The translations under genes and the position numbers were made by a program. This document shows, piece by piece, positions 26,201 to 40,900 of a stretch of DNA of 64,000 nucleotides (within the stretch, counting starts at the first letter, position 1; every line of letters begins with the position of its first letter). The notes under the pieces are model-generated. The model searched no databases. It was given only the letters and a program-made list of their open reading frames with translations, and was not told the origin of the DNA. Source of the DNA: Lingula anatina. Its lineage: Eukaryota; Animalia; Brachiopoda. The stretch covers positions 31,391,967 through 31,455,966 of the forward strand of contig CM120640.1 of NCBI GenBank assembly GCA_051362555.1, given 5' to 3'.

Positions 26201-27480
26201 ATAGGGTTATGAAACAAGTCTATAGCTTGCTGAAAAAATCTATAGTTTTATAAACAATCTTATTACCTCTAGGGCAATTGTCAACTTTCTTTCAATTTGG
26301 TCCTTTGATGGCTCTTCATCTTGTACATCTGAAGAGAAATGACATTTTGACTTACAAAAATACATTATAATCATGTCTTGCATAGAAATCTTTCTCTATA
26401 TAAAGAAAGTGTATGTAATAAAAAATAAATGTGACAGTCTGAATTTGGCATAGTTCTGTCAAAACAGGTCTGTTAAAAAGAAAATTTCACTATACTGGCA
26501 CAGCTAATGAATAATGACATACTAGTACGTGATGATCAGGTTTATTGTCTATACACTCCTATTTATGTCTTTGAGTCTTAGCATAACAGCTATAGGTGCC
26601 AATAAATATATTACAATCTTTAAATAAAAGTACAAAACTTTAATGCATGGAACTTAAAAGGATAACAACTGTTCATTCTGGCCAAAAAATAAATTTTATC
26701 TTCCCATTCTTTACAATTTCAACATTCAAAGTTAGCCCCTGTTTTTTTTCCTAAAAACTTTACTTTTTTTTTTTTTTGTAATACTCTCTCAAGAGATTAT
26801 TACAGAGTATAGCCATATATAGAGGCCATGTGGTCCAATGACAAGCACATATTTCAGAATAATTGCTATAACAAGCGTTTTTGTGGTAAAGTAGAATATC
26901 TTAAATTACTATGAGTTGTTTACAATGTATTCATTGTGAAATATAGATCTCATACGAAGAGTTATTATCCCTTTACTTTGAACCAGATGTTGCGGGGGGG
27001 GGGGGGGGGGGGGGGGGGACAACTTGTACCAATGAATAAAAATGACTACTTGCTTTTCTGCTTCCTTCCAGTTGTGTAATTCATGCTCGCATTTTTATCG
27101 TAGATTTCCTTTAGATTCTGTTGACACAGCTGCCTGTGTTGTTTCAGAGAAGTTCCCATTGGAACGTCACCAAATTTAGGGAAACTTTCTTCAGCTCCCT
27201 TTCCAACTTGTGGCTTTAGCAGCTGTTCGGACTTTTCGCGACTGAAGAAGTTTGGAATTCTTTCTGATATCTTTGTTTTAATAGGAGTGTTCAGTGATTG
27301 GTCTCCGGGATCAGAGTATGCTCTTGTGAGCGACTCAACGAATGCACTTGTCGCTGGTTTATCTTCGCCTGATCCAGACTCGGAGGAAACGTTACCAGAA
27401 CAAAAACCTTCGCCGAGGCCAAGATCTCCTCCTACATCGTCTTCTTCTATAGATTCTTTCTTATCTTGGCCTTCATCCAT
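20218..27480 (-). CDS. CCDC125: Coiled-coil domain-containing protein 125-like (about 571 aa, 11 exons)
   Basis: Exons 27480-27054 (donor uncertain), 26328-26267, 26103-26017, 25677-25606, 24829-24744, 22718-22636, 22428-22313, 22170-22063, 21796-21604, 20984-20854, 20568-20218. Segments LKQELETCQRKLNAKQEAIKILQ, EAYRVAFEEQL and LNDKSNALAHQKLAAQMLA resemble vertebrate CCDC125. Confidence 0.8.
26658..26972. mobile_element. Non-autonomous TIR element, Kolobok-like (TTAA target), more diverged copy
   Basis: TTAA|AAGGATAACAACT ... GAGTTATTATCCCT|TTAC. Shares internal blocks (CAGAGTATAGCCAT, AATATAGATCTCATAC) with the copy at 60783-61116. Confidence 0.7.
26994..27018. repeat. Poly-G tract (about 25 nt) in CCDC125 intron 1
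   Basis: Directly visible homopolymer. Confidence 0.9.
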
Positions 27481-27881
27481 CTTCGCTTATTGCACGTTCC
27501 TGCATCAATGATAACAAAGTCAATACACATACGGTGAGATACCAAAGAATTATTACATTTGCACTGGACTAGAAGTACGTGTTATGAGGACCCAAGCGCA
27601 CCTGTTTCCGGTAGGAAGCTTTTGCGCGAAGAAAACATATCTTACAAAGATTTTGAAGGAGTATTTGAAATACTAATATTTAGAGGTACATAATAATTTT
27701 ATCACCTTTTAAGACATATTATCATATTTGATAATGTAGTCAATGCAATGTATTGACAGTAGCTCAATTATTTAACTGTGTCACATCGCGGATAAATATA
27801 CTGTACAACTAGGTCAACTTATTTTCTAAGCTCGTGTGTCAACGCTCCAATCCATAGTATATAACAGTCATATAAGATTAA
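27481..27881. promoter_or_regulatory. Bidirectional promoter CCDC125/MRPL43
   Basis: Divergent ATGs about 400 bp apart. CpG-containing patch with TTTCCGG and AGGAAG ETS-like cores near 27604-27618. Confidence 0.55.
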
Positions 27882-29400
27882 ATGGCAGGTCGGATACCAA
27901 GTGGTTTCATCAAAAGTGCCTTACATAATGGCGTTGGAAGATATGTTAATCAGTGCCAAAGAATAACTCTAAAATTTTGTAAGGAGCACGGTGACAGCAG
28001 AGGCATGAGGTAAATCCATAATTAATATCAGCACATTAATTAGTGCTTGTAAATAATATTTAATTTACCAAGTTTGTTTGAAAAGTTATGTCATTATATT
28101 CATACCTGTGATTTTCACCTTTTAGAATGTAATATTTCACTATTACTGACTCACTGATTAGCACTGAGACATTAATATATGTCAGTCACAGAAAGAAGTA
28201 CTGTAGTTAACAGCAAAGATATCAGTAGTGTCTAATGTACCTTGTACAAGTTGTAGTGATTTGCAGAATAAATGGAGTAATACATTTAAAATTAAAAAAG
28301 AATATTGGCTTGCCACAATGTGAAATGAAGTTTCACATAATGTCAGTGCTTGAATACAATATACGCTGTATAATATTATGAACAGCTTGTATATAATATT
28401 ATTACCCCAGTATATATTACTGTTGCTAAATGCTAACCTAATATAGTCTCAAATAATGTTGGAAATCCAAGGTTTTTACTTGTTTTACTTCAGAATCAGA
28501 CAACTGTGTCTGTTATGTTTTGTGTAAGACAAATTTTAGCTTGCATGTCTACAGTTATACATAAAGCTTAAATTGCTTTTTTAAATATACTGTACAAATG
28601 TCTCACTTGTCTGGAAGTTGCTGGCCAGGGGTAAAGAGTCAAGGTTAATTCCTTAGACAGGAAAGTGGATAGGAATCAAGAAATGTCTTTTAAAGTCATA
28701 TCACTAGCTGCACTCCTAGATCAATGATTATGGTGATCTAAACATGTGTCTATGGTGACATACTTTTTCAAACAAGCAACCGATTGAATGTATTTTGATC
28801 TCCACATAATCCTTATTTCAGGGACTTCATAGAACAAGAGCTATTAGATTTTACTAGGAGTAACCCTGGAGTGGTGATGTACCTGCAACCAAGGCGACAC
28901 AGGAAACCTGTTATAGTAGCAGAGTATTGTAAGTTTGGAATAAAAAGAATTTTTGAATTTTTAATGTTTATATTACTTGGCTCTAGCTATAAAGTCTCTC
29001 TCTCTCTCTCACACATTGATCTCTCTCTCTCTCTCTCTCTCTCTCATTGATAAAGGTTATTACTGTTCTCCTGTTACTTGTAAAATAAGTGTTCTACATA
29101 CTTTGTTTTTCAGTAAATGGATACAAAGAAAACCTATATGTGCCCAACTACCCTAAAGATGAGATCTGCAAATGGGTGGAGCATTTGCGCTGCAAGCAAG
29201 GAATGACCCCTATGAGACTTAGAAAATACCAGCACACAGACAATCCTAGTATTCAGGGTATATGGAATCCATTTACCAATAAAGATCCCTCAGCAAATGT
29301 TACCACATATCCAAATCCTAATGTACGAGTCAGTGCACCAGAATCTGCCACAGATAGATTACTTAAATTAGCGCAAGAACTGAGGGAAAAAGACAACTGA
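27882..29400 (+). CDS. MRPL43: Mitochondrial large ribosomal subunit protein mL43 (173 aa, 3 exons)
   Basis: Exons 27882-28009, 28822-28928, 29114-29400. Sequence [34 protein letters not shown]...NPGVVMYL...AEYLNG...[14 protein letters not shown]. Confidence 0.95.
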
Positions 29401-30921
29401 TATTTAACACTCTGCATGTTGACTACATTTTAGAAGGGAATGCCTGTGTAGGTGAAACTGTGGCCTGCTGAACTTGGTGTAAAGCCTGTCCGCACAGCAG
29501 AAATATTCCTGGATGTTGATAAAATAATATGGATGCAAAAAACACAGTTTCAGTGTCTAGTTGCAACAATATTACGGGTGTTCCCAGGTTGGATACAAAA
29601 CGTTTGTACCCAATTTTTCAGTTAGCTCATAAGGCTATTCTTGAAAATGATTTGTGATTTTGTTAATGGCATTTCAGTGTGGTGCTTTTTCCAATGCTGA
29701 CAAAAGTAGGTTAGCTTTGAACCCATATCTAATATACTTATTTTATTTTTATTTTTAAGTAAGGTGCATTTCCAACCTGCTTTATTTCAGTAAAAACGAG
29801 ACTTCATATTCAAGAAAATGTATATAAATAAAAGCAAAGAAACTAAATGATGTGTGTTTTGCCAGACATTTAATGCTGTGAAGATTTGTATTGTTAATCC
29901 ATTTATAATTATCCAGAAACTGGGGGATTTTCCTTCTCCGTTTTCAAGATAGAAACGCAAAGCTGCTCAAAAACCAATCAGATATTTATAAAGGCATACT
30001 ATCTGCCTTTAAAAGTGCTCATTTATATTTTCTTAGTCAACGTATTTTGAAAGGCTACTTATATTTCCAAATTCTGACAACAAAAACGATAAAACATGGC
30101 ATAGAAGTACCTGTTATTGACGCTTGCTTCGGAATTTACAGGATGACATGGGGGGGGGGGGGGTATGACTGGCCAGTCATATAGAATTAATTAATTCGAA
30201 ATGGTATAAAAAACGAATCCAAGTGCAGGGACGGGTAGAACAACGTTTAGTGACTATGAAAGAAAATTGCCTTTTTTCGAAGAAAACGTTTTGGCGGGAA
30301 AATCCCAGACAGGATGCCTTTACCCGTTTTATAAACATTAAAAGTAAGATAAGACGCGAGTTGTATCGGAGTCGGGTACATTCGGTTTTCTAACGTGAAG
30401 TTTTGTTACAATCCAGTGGAGTTTGGTACAGTGATACTGGTGACATAAGGCATGCCCCGTCGTGTTAGACACGTGGACCAACGACCATTCCCTTTGGTGT
30501 CAGTGTGACTGATGTACTGGCGCGCCTATACACGATACAGAGTTTACATTGATAAATTACTAGTAATCATCAAAGTTTTGACGGCCACTGACGCAAATTG
30601 AGCACTGAAAGAGAAAACTCCCAAACATAATCAGGGTTAATCTCACTCCAAAGGAATCCAGCAATTTGTTTTGTCACTTTTAACCAATCCGTTTATATTG
30701 GTTGACTAACACTGACGAGCTCATAACTAAAACCTGTGGAAAACGAGTGTCGGAGAATAGTTTTACGTTAGGAGTTTATTGAATTCAGCAGTCGTCGTCT
30801 TTACTTTTTGGGACCGTCCTTTGCTTTAAAAAACATAATTAGACAAAGTCTAGTGACAAGAATAAGGTTCCAGGGCCCAGAGTTCGCGCAGAAGACAGGA
30901 TAAAGCACATCAGCAGCAACG

Positions 30922-33486
30922 ATGAACAGAGCAAAGAATTTTTTTGCTGGATATATACTTTGTGTATTAGTTGTGTATTGTGGGTCAAGAGTAGTGGATG
31001 TGAATCAAGAAAAGTCACCAAAAGGTACTGATATTTTAAAACTTAAATAACATTATTAGTACTGAATTGAATAAAAGGCGCTCGTAGATTTCCAGCCTTT
31101 CATTAATACCTTTTACACCATTTTTTCTAACTTCAGGAGCGACTTTCATTAAGGCTGTCTTTTTAATTATCGAGCTGATAAGATTAGGCTCCTATGCCAA
31201 CAAAAACCTCCAGGACTTAGTCTTATCGAAACAAGACATGTTAACTGCTATATTTTAGATACTTATATGGAGAGACGATCTATTCAAATAATTAGCAACG
31301 TGTCTTGCGCCGAGCTGACCCGTAAATATGCCACTCAAAATCTGACCGACGATGAGTTGATGGAGGTTTTAAAACAGAAAGGGGGCGAATATTTGACTGA
31401 GTATATGGCTAAGACCACTGAAGAAGCAAAGCTGATGTTCAGGCCGTTGAATAAGCCACATCGACCTAAGGTACGTCTATGGTTGTGTCAGGTCGTATCC
31501 CGTAGTTGTGGTGTCCTGTTTTAGATACCGAGGTGTGTTGATTTCTGTCCTCGGGCCTCATTACATGGATGGACAGCCGGTGACATTAATGATGCTTCAT
31601 GCACTATGATTTCATTCTTGTCCAAAGGATTGGTCTGGCCGGTGCGGATGTCATTACTGGACATTTGATAGACCCAAAAGACCTGTTATAGAAACATTTT
31701 TGACAGTGACAAAGGCGAAAAGTAAATTTGGCCATTAAATCATCTAAATTATTCAATGCGTTACCAAACTCCAATGCTACTGGTGAATCACACGCGTACA
31801 ACGCAAAACAGACAGCAGTGAATATCTTTTACAGAGAAAAATAAAATATAACTGTATAATGCACAATTTTTGGTAACCCTATTACTAAAATAAGTAGAAT
31901 TTAAGAAGACACATTGATTATGAAAATCTTAAAACGTAAACATATTTGAAAATGAAATATGACAATAAGCTGCTAATATTGGCATACTTTTTCACTTGTT
32001 AGCCCGGGAAACAGCCACCCAATCCTCCGCCAGGCCAGTTGACGCCCCCACCACCGCGGACTGACCATGGACCGTATGCGCCAGGCATAAAACCAGAGTC
32101 AAGTTATTTAGCAGCAAACGACTTGATAAAAATCTTTCGACAATTTGCAAAAATCCAGAGAAAGTGCGGCATGACGGTTGCCAAGGTCCCTGAAAATATA
32201 ATTTTGTCTGGTGAGACTTACGGTCGAAAGAAGCGTCAGAGCAATTCTGGCAGTGGTAGGTTGAATGGTCATAGCAAAGCTATTTACTCGACTGACAGAC
32301 GTTAGAACGTATAAATAAACAGAATAAATTACGTACAATAACATTTGGTAAGATGCGTAGTAAGTTTGAACTGTATGTTCGACATCTTTATGCATTTAAG
32401 GACTCCATGACGAGCCCGGTTATCAAGACAAGAGGCGATGTTGGGAGACGGGGTGAAGTGGGCAATATTGTTACGCTTTTTTTGAAATTACATACTTGTC
32501 CATCATGGGAAGTAAGAGATGATATTTCATAATGAAGAGTGAAAAAAAGCACAAAAAGTTAATTATTCCATAAAAATTCCAGTGACAACGAATGGTTCGT
32601 GTGTATACAGAGGTACCAGTGATGACGGTTATTTACAAATGTGCACTACTTGCTCTACAACTACAACATTGTCGGACTCCTACTTTCCACGAGTGCTCAA
32701 CGAAGTTTCCTGTGGAGATAGTTCGTCGTCTACCAGCTCTTCGGCTAACGATAATGGCTGCTTGTTCGTATCTGGAACAGGTAATGTGGGGCAGTTGTGT
32801 TAGTTGAGATTGTGCTGTGTTACCTTGTTACTTTTCAATGCAGTTGTTTAATAATATGACCGATGGCCAGACCCGCATTTTACTATAAATATAACATTAA
32901 TGACATTAATGTGTAGTGCTTCTGATAGATTTAATTGTTTAATAGATTAAATAATGCATCGATAGATGACCATTATGCAAAGCCAGCAGAGAGGGTTTGG
33001 TCCGTTTATAGAAATTATATTCATTCCAGATATGTGCTTTGGTCTAATTTCGTCTGTCTGTAACAAGTATAGCAAAGTAATAAACAAACATGGGGAGTCA
33101 GTGTCCTAAAAAAGAACACCAAACTTTCTTATGGCTTAGGTCCCTATTTATTCGACAATGAAATGCGGGATTAATTTATCTCCTTCCTTTGGCCTATTAG
33201 GCTATTACGGACAGAGCTTTGACGTTTTATCAGAAAATTTTCTTCTTTTATCAAATGTGGTCAGTTAGCGTTTGGAATTTGAAACATTTCAGCAAACGGC
33301 CAGTGTAGGCAGCAGTACATATACGTGAACATGTTGCGCAAGACGGGCAAGTGTAGCTTGGTCACCAACTCTGACGGCAATGCAATGGCAGTAGACGAGT
33401 GGGAGCTGTACACGCAGCCAATTCACGTCTCCTGTGAATGCATGGTGGATGAAAGATCGTTCTTATCTAACTTCGTTACCACATAG
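30922..33486 (+). CDS. Secreted cystine-knot growth factor/neurohormone precursor, Trunk/PTTH/Noggin-like (319 aa, 5 exons)
   Basis: Exons 30922-31024, 31259-31470, 32003-32255, 32583-32780, 33293-33486 join in frame (960 nt). Hydrophobic N-terminus, RKKR site (32225-32236), and a mature domain with L-x3-YFPRVLNEVSC, C...GQC-x-Q and W-x6-IHVSCEC. Confidence 0.8.
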
Positions 33487-34948
33487 TCATAGAGTACAAA
33501 ACTTTATTAACCCACTGATTGCTGCGTTTCAGTGAATTTGAGGTTAATTTTCAATATATTTTTCACTTTTGAAACTAGTTTTGTGCACTGTTTTGTCCAA
33601 AGCCTGTGTAAAATACAATTATCAGATTTCGATTTATATGTGAACTAAGATTTATCTCCTAATTCTTCTATGAAGCACCCAAGTCTCAAAGTACCTGGTT
33701 TAATAGGCATAACTAAATCGCTGAAATTGCTTAATACTGTGATTCTGTCTTTATATTTTGCTCAATTTACGAGTGCTTCTTGCATGTGCTCTTATTTCAC
33801 AAGTTCTCAGTTGTTCAAACAAATCTTCAAGAATGTTAAAATAAAAGTTGCCACCCTTTTTGATCAAATGTATTTTGTAACTGCAATAATATTATATGCA
33901 ATAAAATGATAATAATCTATACTGACATTTATGTTGAAAACTGAACTGTTTCCGCTCGAAAATAAGACAAAAAATTTCAAATATAGTTTCGAAAATGCCA
34001 AGCAAAATCTACTTTTCTGATTTGGTCGTGGCAATTAATTGTAGAAAAGTAGCGGAATTGTAGTAAACAGCATGCGTCACAGATATCATTTTAGATTAAA
34101 TGTCTAAGTTTGTTTAAACACTTGCCACTGAAACACAATTTATACTTGATATAAACTTCAGAAAATAATTAAATTGGCAACGTTTGCTTAGAAGGAGAGA
34201 AAACAATACAAACAATATTTATGTTTACTGTTTAATCAATATTGTCGATATTACTCACAAGAAACTGAGTTAACATAAAATTGCAATAATAGCACCTGAG
34301 TTGCACAGAACAGATTGTCAGTATTTTCATGTACCAGTGCCACTGTACTTAGAGCACTAAACCTTTGTACAATGTACAATCATAATAAATAAATTAATTA
34401 CAATTAAATCATTACATGATTATGTACAGATATATATATAAATTAATTGCTTTAATGTTCAGAAAACATTTGTCATCCTGAATGCATACAGTAACCTAGG
34501 TTGCGTCCATTATTGCCATGAACATAAAACATAACCAACATCAAAAATAACCGAAAAATGCTAAATATATATTAGTGTGGTCAATCGAAAAACGCAACAA
34601 TGATACATCCATGAAAATAAATTACTTGACAATTAACAAAATCCATAAACAAAAACAAGAACTCCTACTCTAATCTATGTGGCATCGATAAATTACCAAA
34701 ACAGATATTTGTAATTAGTTGTAAATAAAAGAATGAATTCTTTCCTCAATTTATGTGACAATTTTTGATCTCAACAGATCAAGACAAAGTTTTCTCAATT
34801 AGCATGACACAGGTATAACACCGACATAAATTTTTGAAACAATAAAATCTACGCACAAAAACCACACCTGCCTCATAGTCGATCAAATAATCACTTAATT
34901 ACAAGGATGATGACACGCAGATTAAGCTGTGCATAATCAAACCTTATG

Positions 34949-37900
34949 TCAACTTGGAGACATTAATGGCTGGAAAGTTCCAAAAAAATGTGCATGTCCA
35001 TCTGGAGTCAAAACGGGACTGACTGGGGAACCAACATCACCGAAAGAAAAGTCAAATTTGGGCAAACGATTAGCACAACTACTGTTTAAAAATCCAAGTG
35101 GAGAAACAGTAGAAGTTGCAATCTTTGACGATGGAAGACCTGGGTAACTGCAAACAATCTGTTTGTTGAATTCTTCTAACTGCGACATGAAGTTGAGATT
35201 CGGTGCTATCACGTTTCGACGGGTTTTCACGTGATTGTAGGCCTCGTCCAAAGAGCACTTTTTAAACTGCATCACGTACGCGATGCAGATCGTGGCGGAT
35301 CGGCTAACACCTGCATGGCAATGGACTAATACTTTTCCGGAAGCTGACCTCACTGAATCTGAAAAATATACAATATATTCTGTAGCAAACAACTTAACTG
35401 CTCACTATGAATAGTAACATATCGTCACCAGTCATTCTAAAATGCTGGCACTAGAGAATAACAACTCGTGTAAACACGATGAATCACCTATGGAATTTAC
35501 TTATTTGTCACAAAATTAAATTTCCTCCAAACAGAAATGGCGTGTTTATACTGTACTTGTTGACACGTGCCATACAACTGGAATCAATCTACTAGTTTCG
35601 AAAACGTGTGTAACCTTGTAGTGTTAATAAAGGGGTTTACTGAAGCGTTTCTGCAAAATTAGATGTCAAGGGGAACTCGTGCCGTTTGGGAACCGGTAAT
35701 AGGTGGCGCGAGTCAGTCTGTAAAACCTGCGGCGGCCAATTTGTCTCCGCGCAGTAGTTCGCCTTATTATCTCATTAGCAGGCAGGTACGTCTCCAATCA
35801 AGGTACAAAAACAAGATAACTACCCCTATAACTGCGCAAGATCAAATTAATGTACATCCGACTGCCATTAATTTCCGTGTGATAAGGAAGGGTTACAAAA
35901 CACCGGAAACGACCAAAATCGGCTAAAATAGTGAGTGTTCTTTTTCAATAAAATCGAAGATCTGTAGCAGGAAAGGGGAATATTAAACGAAATGGACCGA
36001 AAAGGTCACGAGAAGTAAGACTAAATGGACTTCCTGCTCTTTCATTAAAAAAGGTAAACAAGGGGTTTATTGGAGCTTTGAATAAGTATTTGTGGTCATC
36101 ACAAGTAATATTTTGCCTCATGTCCTGTACACCGATATGACCGAGGGGAAATTGCTCTATCGTGGTACAAAAACTGGTGTTGTTACGAAGGTAAATGCCA
36201 CACATAATGGAGATGCTTTAATCTCATATGCGGTTTACAGGATGTGTTGCTTATTTCGCTCATAATTAAGTACAGAGATGCACGCCTATCCCCTCTTCAA
36301 AAGCAAGTAATTGATAGAACCGACTGACGCTCTTCATTAACCGCAAACGCCTCGCAGAGAGATGCGCCGCTAGTTCAAGGTGGTAACATATTTCTAAGGG
36401 ACCTCCACAGTCAACAAATTTCGTTTTCCTGTTTACTCAAAGTTTGAGCCAGTTGCGCTAAATGCCAAATTAAACGAGCTGAATGCCAAATGGGCACAGG
36501 TACACCCGACTTACCTATGAAATTTATTGCATCCTGAAACCACTTCCCAATCTCTGAAAAGCTGTCGTCGGCGACTGGTATGGTTTTGTACAGAAAGCTC
36601 TCCGGGAAATGGTTCTGGCAACTGTTGGATACGTTGAGCAGGGCCGTTATCCCCGCAGCACGCAGTTTCGACTTCTGAGAAGCATGAACTGAACTGCCCA
36701 GATATAGCCAGGGTAATATCTCCACTGCTTCTCCCTGAACACGTAGAAAGTAAAAAGTCTGCATTCAAACAAATACATCTTCACATTTTTACCCGCAATT
36801 TTGATCAATATTTATAGAATACCTACTCCCGCTTCAAATTCAAGTTTAACAAACTGCTGTTTTCACCAATTAATGAATGTAATCTATTTAACGAGGAGCT
36901 TTATCGCTTTTGAACAACTTCTGTTAACCATAAGTTATCTGATTACAAAAAAAATACAGTTTCATATCTCTAAAACTGATAACTATTTTTCAGTTGATAA
37001 TTACCCGAAAAAACTCGTCAGTTAATCTAAATTCCTTTCCACAAGATCGGGGGGAATCCAGTGTACTTCCTGATGAAGGAGAACTCGGTTTCACACAAGC
37101 TTGAGGATATTGACATGTAAATGCATCGTATCCGCCTGAAATATGAGGAATTATAAGGGTCAATGAAAAGAACTATATATTCCTGATACGGATTTCATAT
37201 TTCATAAGACAGGATTAACACACACGCGAGCATCGCTTCGAATAATGTCCATGGGGAATGTGAAGATAATGGAGTGCATAAAACTTAGATTTTCGCGAAA
37301 ACCTTATAAACTAGGCACTCTCCTACTGTATAATCTGCGTTTAGGATAAAAACAAGACCAGTCTCATCAATATTCCCCTTGGTTAATAACATCAAGGGAT
37401 GGGCAGTTGTGTTCAAGTAGCGTGCAAAGTACCGTCTATTTCACATGTAGGAAAAGTTAGTAGCTTGGTGATACAATGGATGTTTGATAATGCGTCTTTT
37501 TTTTTTCACAACAGACCAGCAAACAGGAAAAGCTTCGAACCACAAATGGACGCTGCAAACATGTCACCCTGGCCATGAATGGCGTGGGAAGTGCGCTTCA
37601 TTAAAAAGGTTATGAAAATTGCATCCATGCTGAATAAAACCTAGATTAACTGATGATGCAGTTTTCATATCCCCCCAAATAATAGTTAGTTTAATATAAG
37701 GTTTAGTGTAGCCTATTCTAGTTGAATCAGTTTTTTTTTTTTTTTTTTTTAATTATCCCTATATTGATCTTTATTGAGTAGTACATGTACTTTCCCTGCT
37801 TTAGTCTAGACATTATATAATGTATATCAAACTGTATATGGTAATCACTCTGCGGATTACTTCTTGTATTTGAATTTGATCATGCCCGGATGTAGGGCGA

Positions 37901-40900
37901 TAGTCAATAAACTTCTGATTCTGGTTATTTACAGGGGCAAAGATGCAAGTAGGTCAAGAAATGATTTGCCAGCGCAAATGATCGAACAATAAATATTGGT
38001 TGTAGAGAAGGGCCACGCTATCCCAACAGATTAGTTATCCTAGATTGTACACGCAAAACATGTGTAGCCACCTTGTACGAAACTCCGAAAAACCCGTCGG
38101 TCACTGCTGTAAGCACCATCTGGCGTGAATCTCAGAGTTATCGGATACTTGGAAATCGATTTACAGCTGCAGAGCATAAACACTCAAGAATCAACTGAGA
38201 TGACGGGTTTTAGCATTTAGGGCAGTTTTTCCAATAAATCACCACCAACATGGAGAGTAAACAGGAAACTGGTTATTATCAGTCCGTCTTCTAAATGAAT
38301 TACGGCAGGATATTATTGTGTTTGAATTACCTGTCGACGCGCGTTAAGACGGGAACCTGACCTGCCTCCGCCCCCAAAATATCCTTATGTTCGGTAGTTT
38401 TTCAAAGTTAGTACAGGTAACTACCAGGCTAGACATTTTTCAATTAGGTGTTGTAACCCCCCCTGTACCTCTGGCGCTATACCATCGTTCTACCGTATTA
38501 CATAAACGAAACGCCCTTTGTAATGTGCATATATAACGACCTAAGTCTAGTCACTTTTACTGTCTGACAAAAATTTCACAGCACACTGCAAAATGCGAAA
38601 ATCTTTACCAATATCTGCTCAGTCGAAAATGGACACGAACACTGGTCAATAGGAACGACAGGACCCTGTGCATAGCAGAGGATATTCTAAATTCCGTAAA
38701 GTGTACTTAGCATCAAGTAAACGGATAACATAATTATTAGGAAACCGCGATGTTATTCTTTATGAGAGTCACTCATTCCAGAGCGCCCTGGTTGATCGAG
38801 CATGAATTCCATACTTCCGATACCACAACACAACTTACGTTTGGTTATCTTATCTTTTCGTAATTTGATATGGCAAAGAATAACCAACCACAGGAAAATG
38901 AGAATTTCGAGCCCACAGTATGAAAGCATGCAATCGGATTACATAAACATAATGCATATCAAGATTAGAGTTTTTTAAGTATACAAAAAGGACCACAGTA
39001 TTATCAATTTATTTTTGGAATTTAAAAAAAACGCTTCTTGAAAATTATCCACTTGCTCGGGAGAGGCAGCGTGATAGTTGACATGCAATTAGCGCCTCTG
39101 TCATATTTCCTGCACTCTATTGATGTCGCTCCTTAATTTCCCGGAAATAGGAAATGCATTGTCATAGGCATGATCACACTTGTAACATTATTGTCGGTGG
39201 GCTGCAGAAATAGGGATTGCTCAGGGAACGCAGCGGAAGACCAATAAAATATTGGATAATTATATCTATCACAGAATCTATATGTAGTAAATAGGATATT
39301 AAATCCTGGGTTCCTCCGAGATTTTCTATTACACAGTCATATGATCAATACGAATAGTGCTCATGTAAATTTCTTCTAAAAAGACCAAATCTTAAAAAAT
39401 TCACGAGCGTAGTTCTATGACAAAATGCTCTATACCTTCAACTTGATTCGCAATGTATTCGTTCAAGCCTACCGATTTTCCGAATATCAATCCTCATTAA
39501 AAGCATCCGACTTCTGTTATAAGAATCTGCCAGAAAATCTATTTGTGGCGACTCCTACGCAAAGCTCGATCGATGCGAACTTCCACTTAAAAGTCGACCT
39601 TTCACTTACATTATTCAAATCTGAGAGTCAGCGACACAACTTACTTTCGGATTTGAGATTTTCGGGCTCCTATGGCAACATGATTTTCATCGAAATTTAG
39701 ATTCTCAACGCTTGGGATATCTTGTAGCAGTTTGTCAACATCATTATGACTTACATGTAAATATAATACAAATTTATACAATATTTAAAGGTATAGTGGC
39801 GAATCACCCGTACGAATAACTCCATGAAATATATGTTGGTTGCGTTTTCGTTATTTTCTCCGATTCGTTTTCCACATTTTAACTGTGTTATGAACCCCAA
39901 GTGTGATCACGAGTTTCGAATTTCTTCTTTTACTACTTTAGGTCTAAAGTTAGTCTTTAACGTGACGTATTAAAAATATAATTGTATTAAAAATATAATT
40001 ATATAACTGATCAGACATAGAAATCGCACTTTATTTGACGCAAAAACAATCACTCCCTATAGTATATTATACCATTCCTTTTAAAGCTTTTTTTTCTGCG
40101 CTTTTTAATGTTATAAGTGCAGTCTTTATACACTGGAGAAGAACAGTTAATATTAGTATCAGCAACCAAAAGGTTAACTTATCTTGAGAAATCAAATAAA
40201 CAATAGCTATTTTACCGTTAAAAGCATTAATCTCCGAGCAGCTCTATCTATCAACAAGAACTGAAAAAGATAGATCCATTTCCCAGGGAACGGTATAATT
40301 TCATCTTGTGTTTATAAGTAAATGAAAGAGGAAGATATTGATGTTGTTCGGGGACCGGGCACATGTAGAAATAAATAACCTGTTTGTTATTGCAGAGGAC
40401 AAGTGCAGTGCAAGAAGGGTGCTTCATTTACAAAAAGCCCACAAATATATGTCATTTGTTTGCCTCTACTCGTATTAATTAGCCTCTGGATTTGTTGAGG
40501 TTGCGATTACTCGGCTGATAAAGAATCCGAGGTAAACCACTCCATAAATCATATTTCCGTTAGAAGTCATGTCTTATCAAAAATAAAAAGATAATAAAAA
40601 TAAATAATCAAAATTATAACCTGTGTCTAAATTTTTCACGAGTAAACAGCCCCAAATAAACATTTTGAATCTGTTTTGAAAGACACGTTCTTCATTTATT
40701 TTTTCTTCAACGGCCTTGTGCCGTCGTGAAAAGCGTCCCGTGTTACCAAACCAGTGGCAAGATGAATCCATCACAATCACAAAACACATCAATTCCACAC
40801 ATATCAAAATTATACAGCACAACAGATGCGATGACTAAACCTAATCGCATGCAATTCAGTTAATTGTTCTCTTTTGATTCACGATACGGGCACCATCCTA

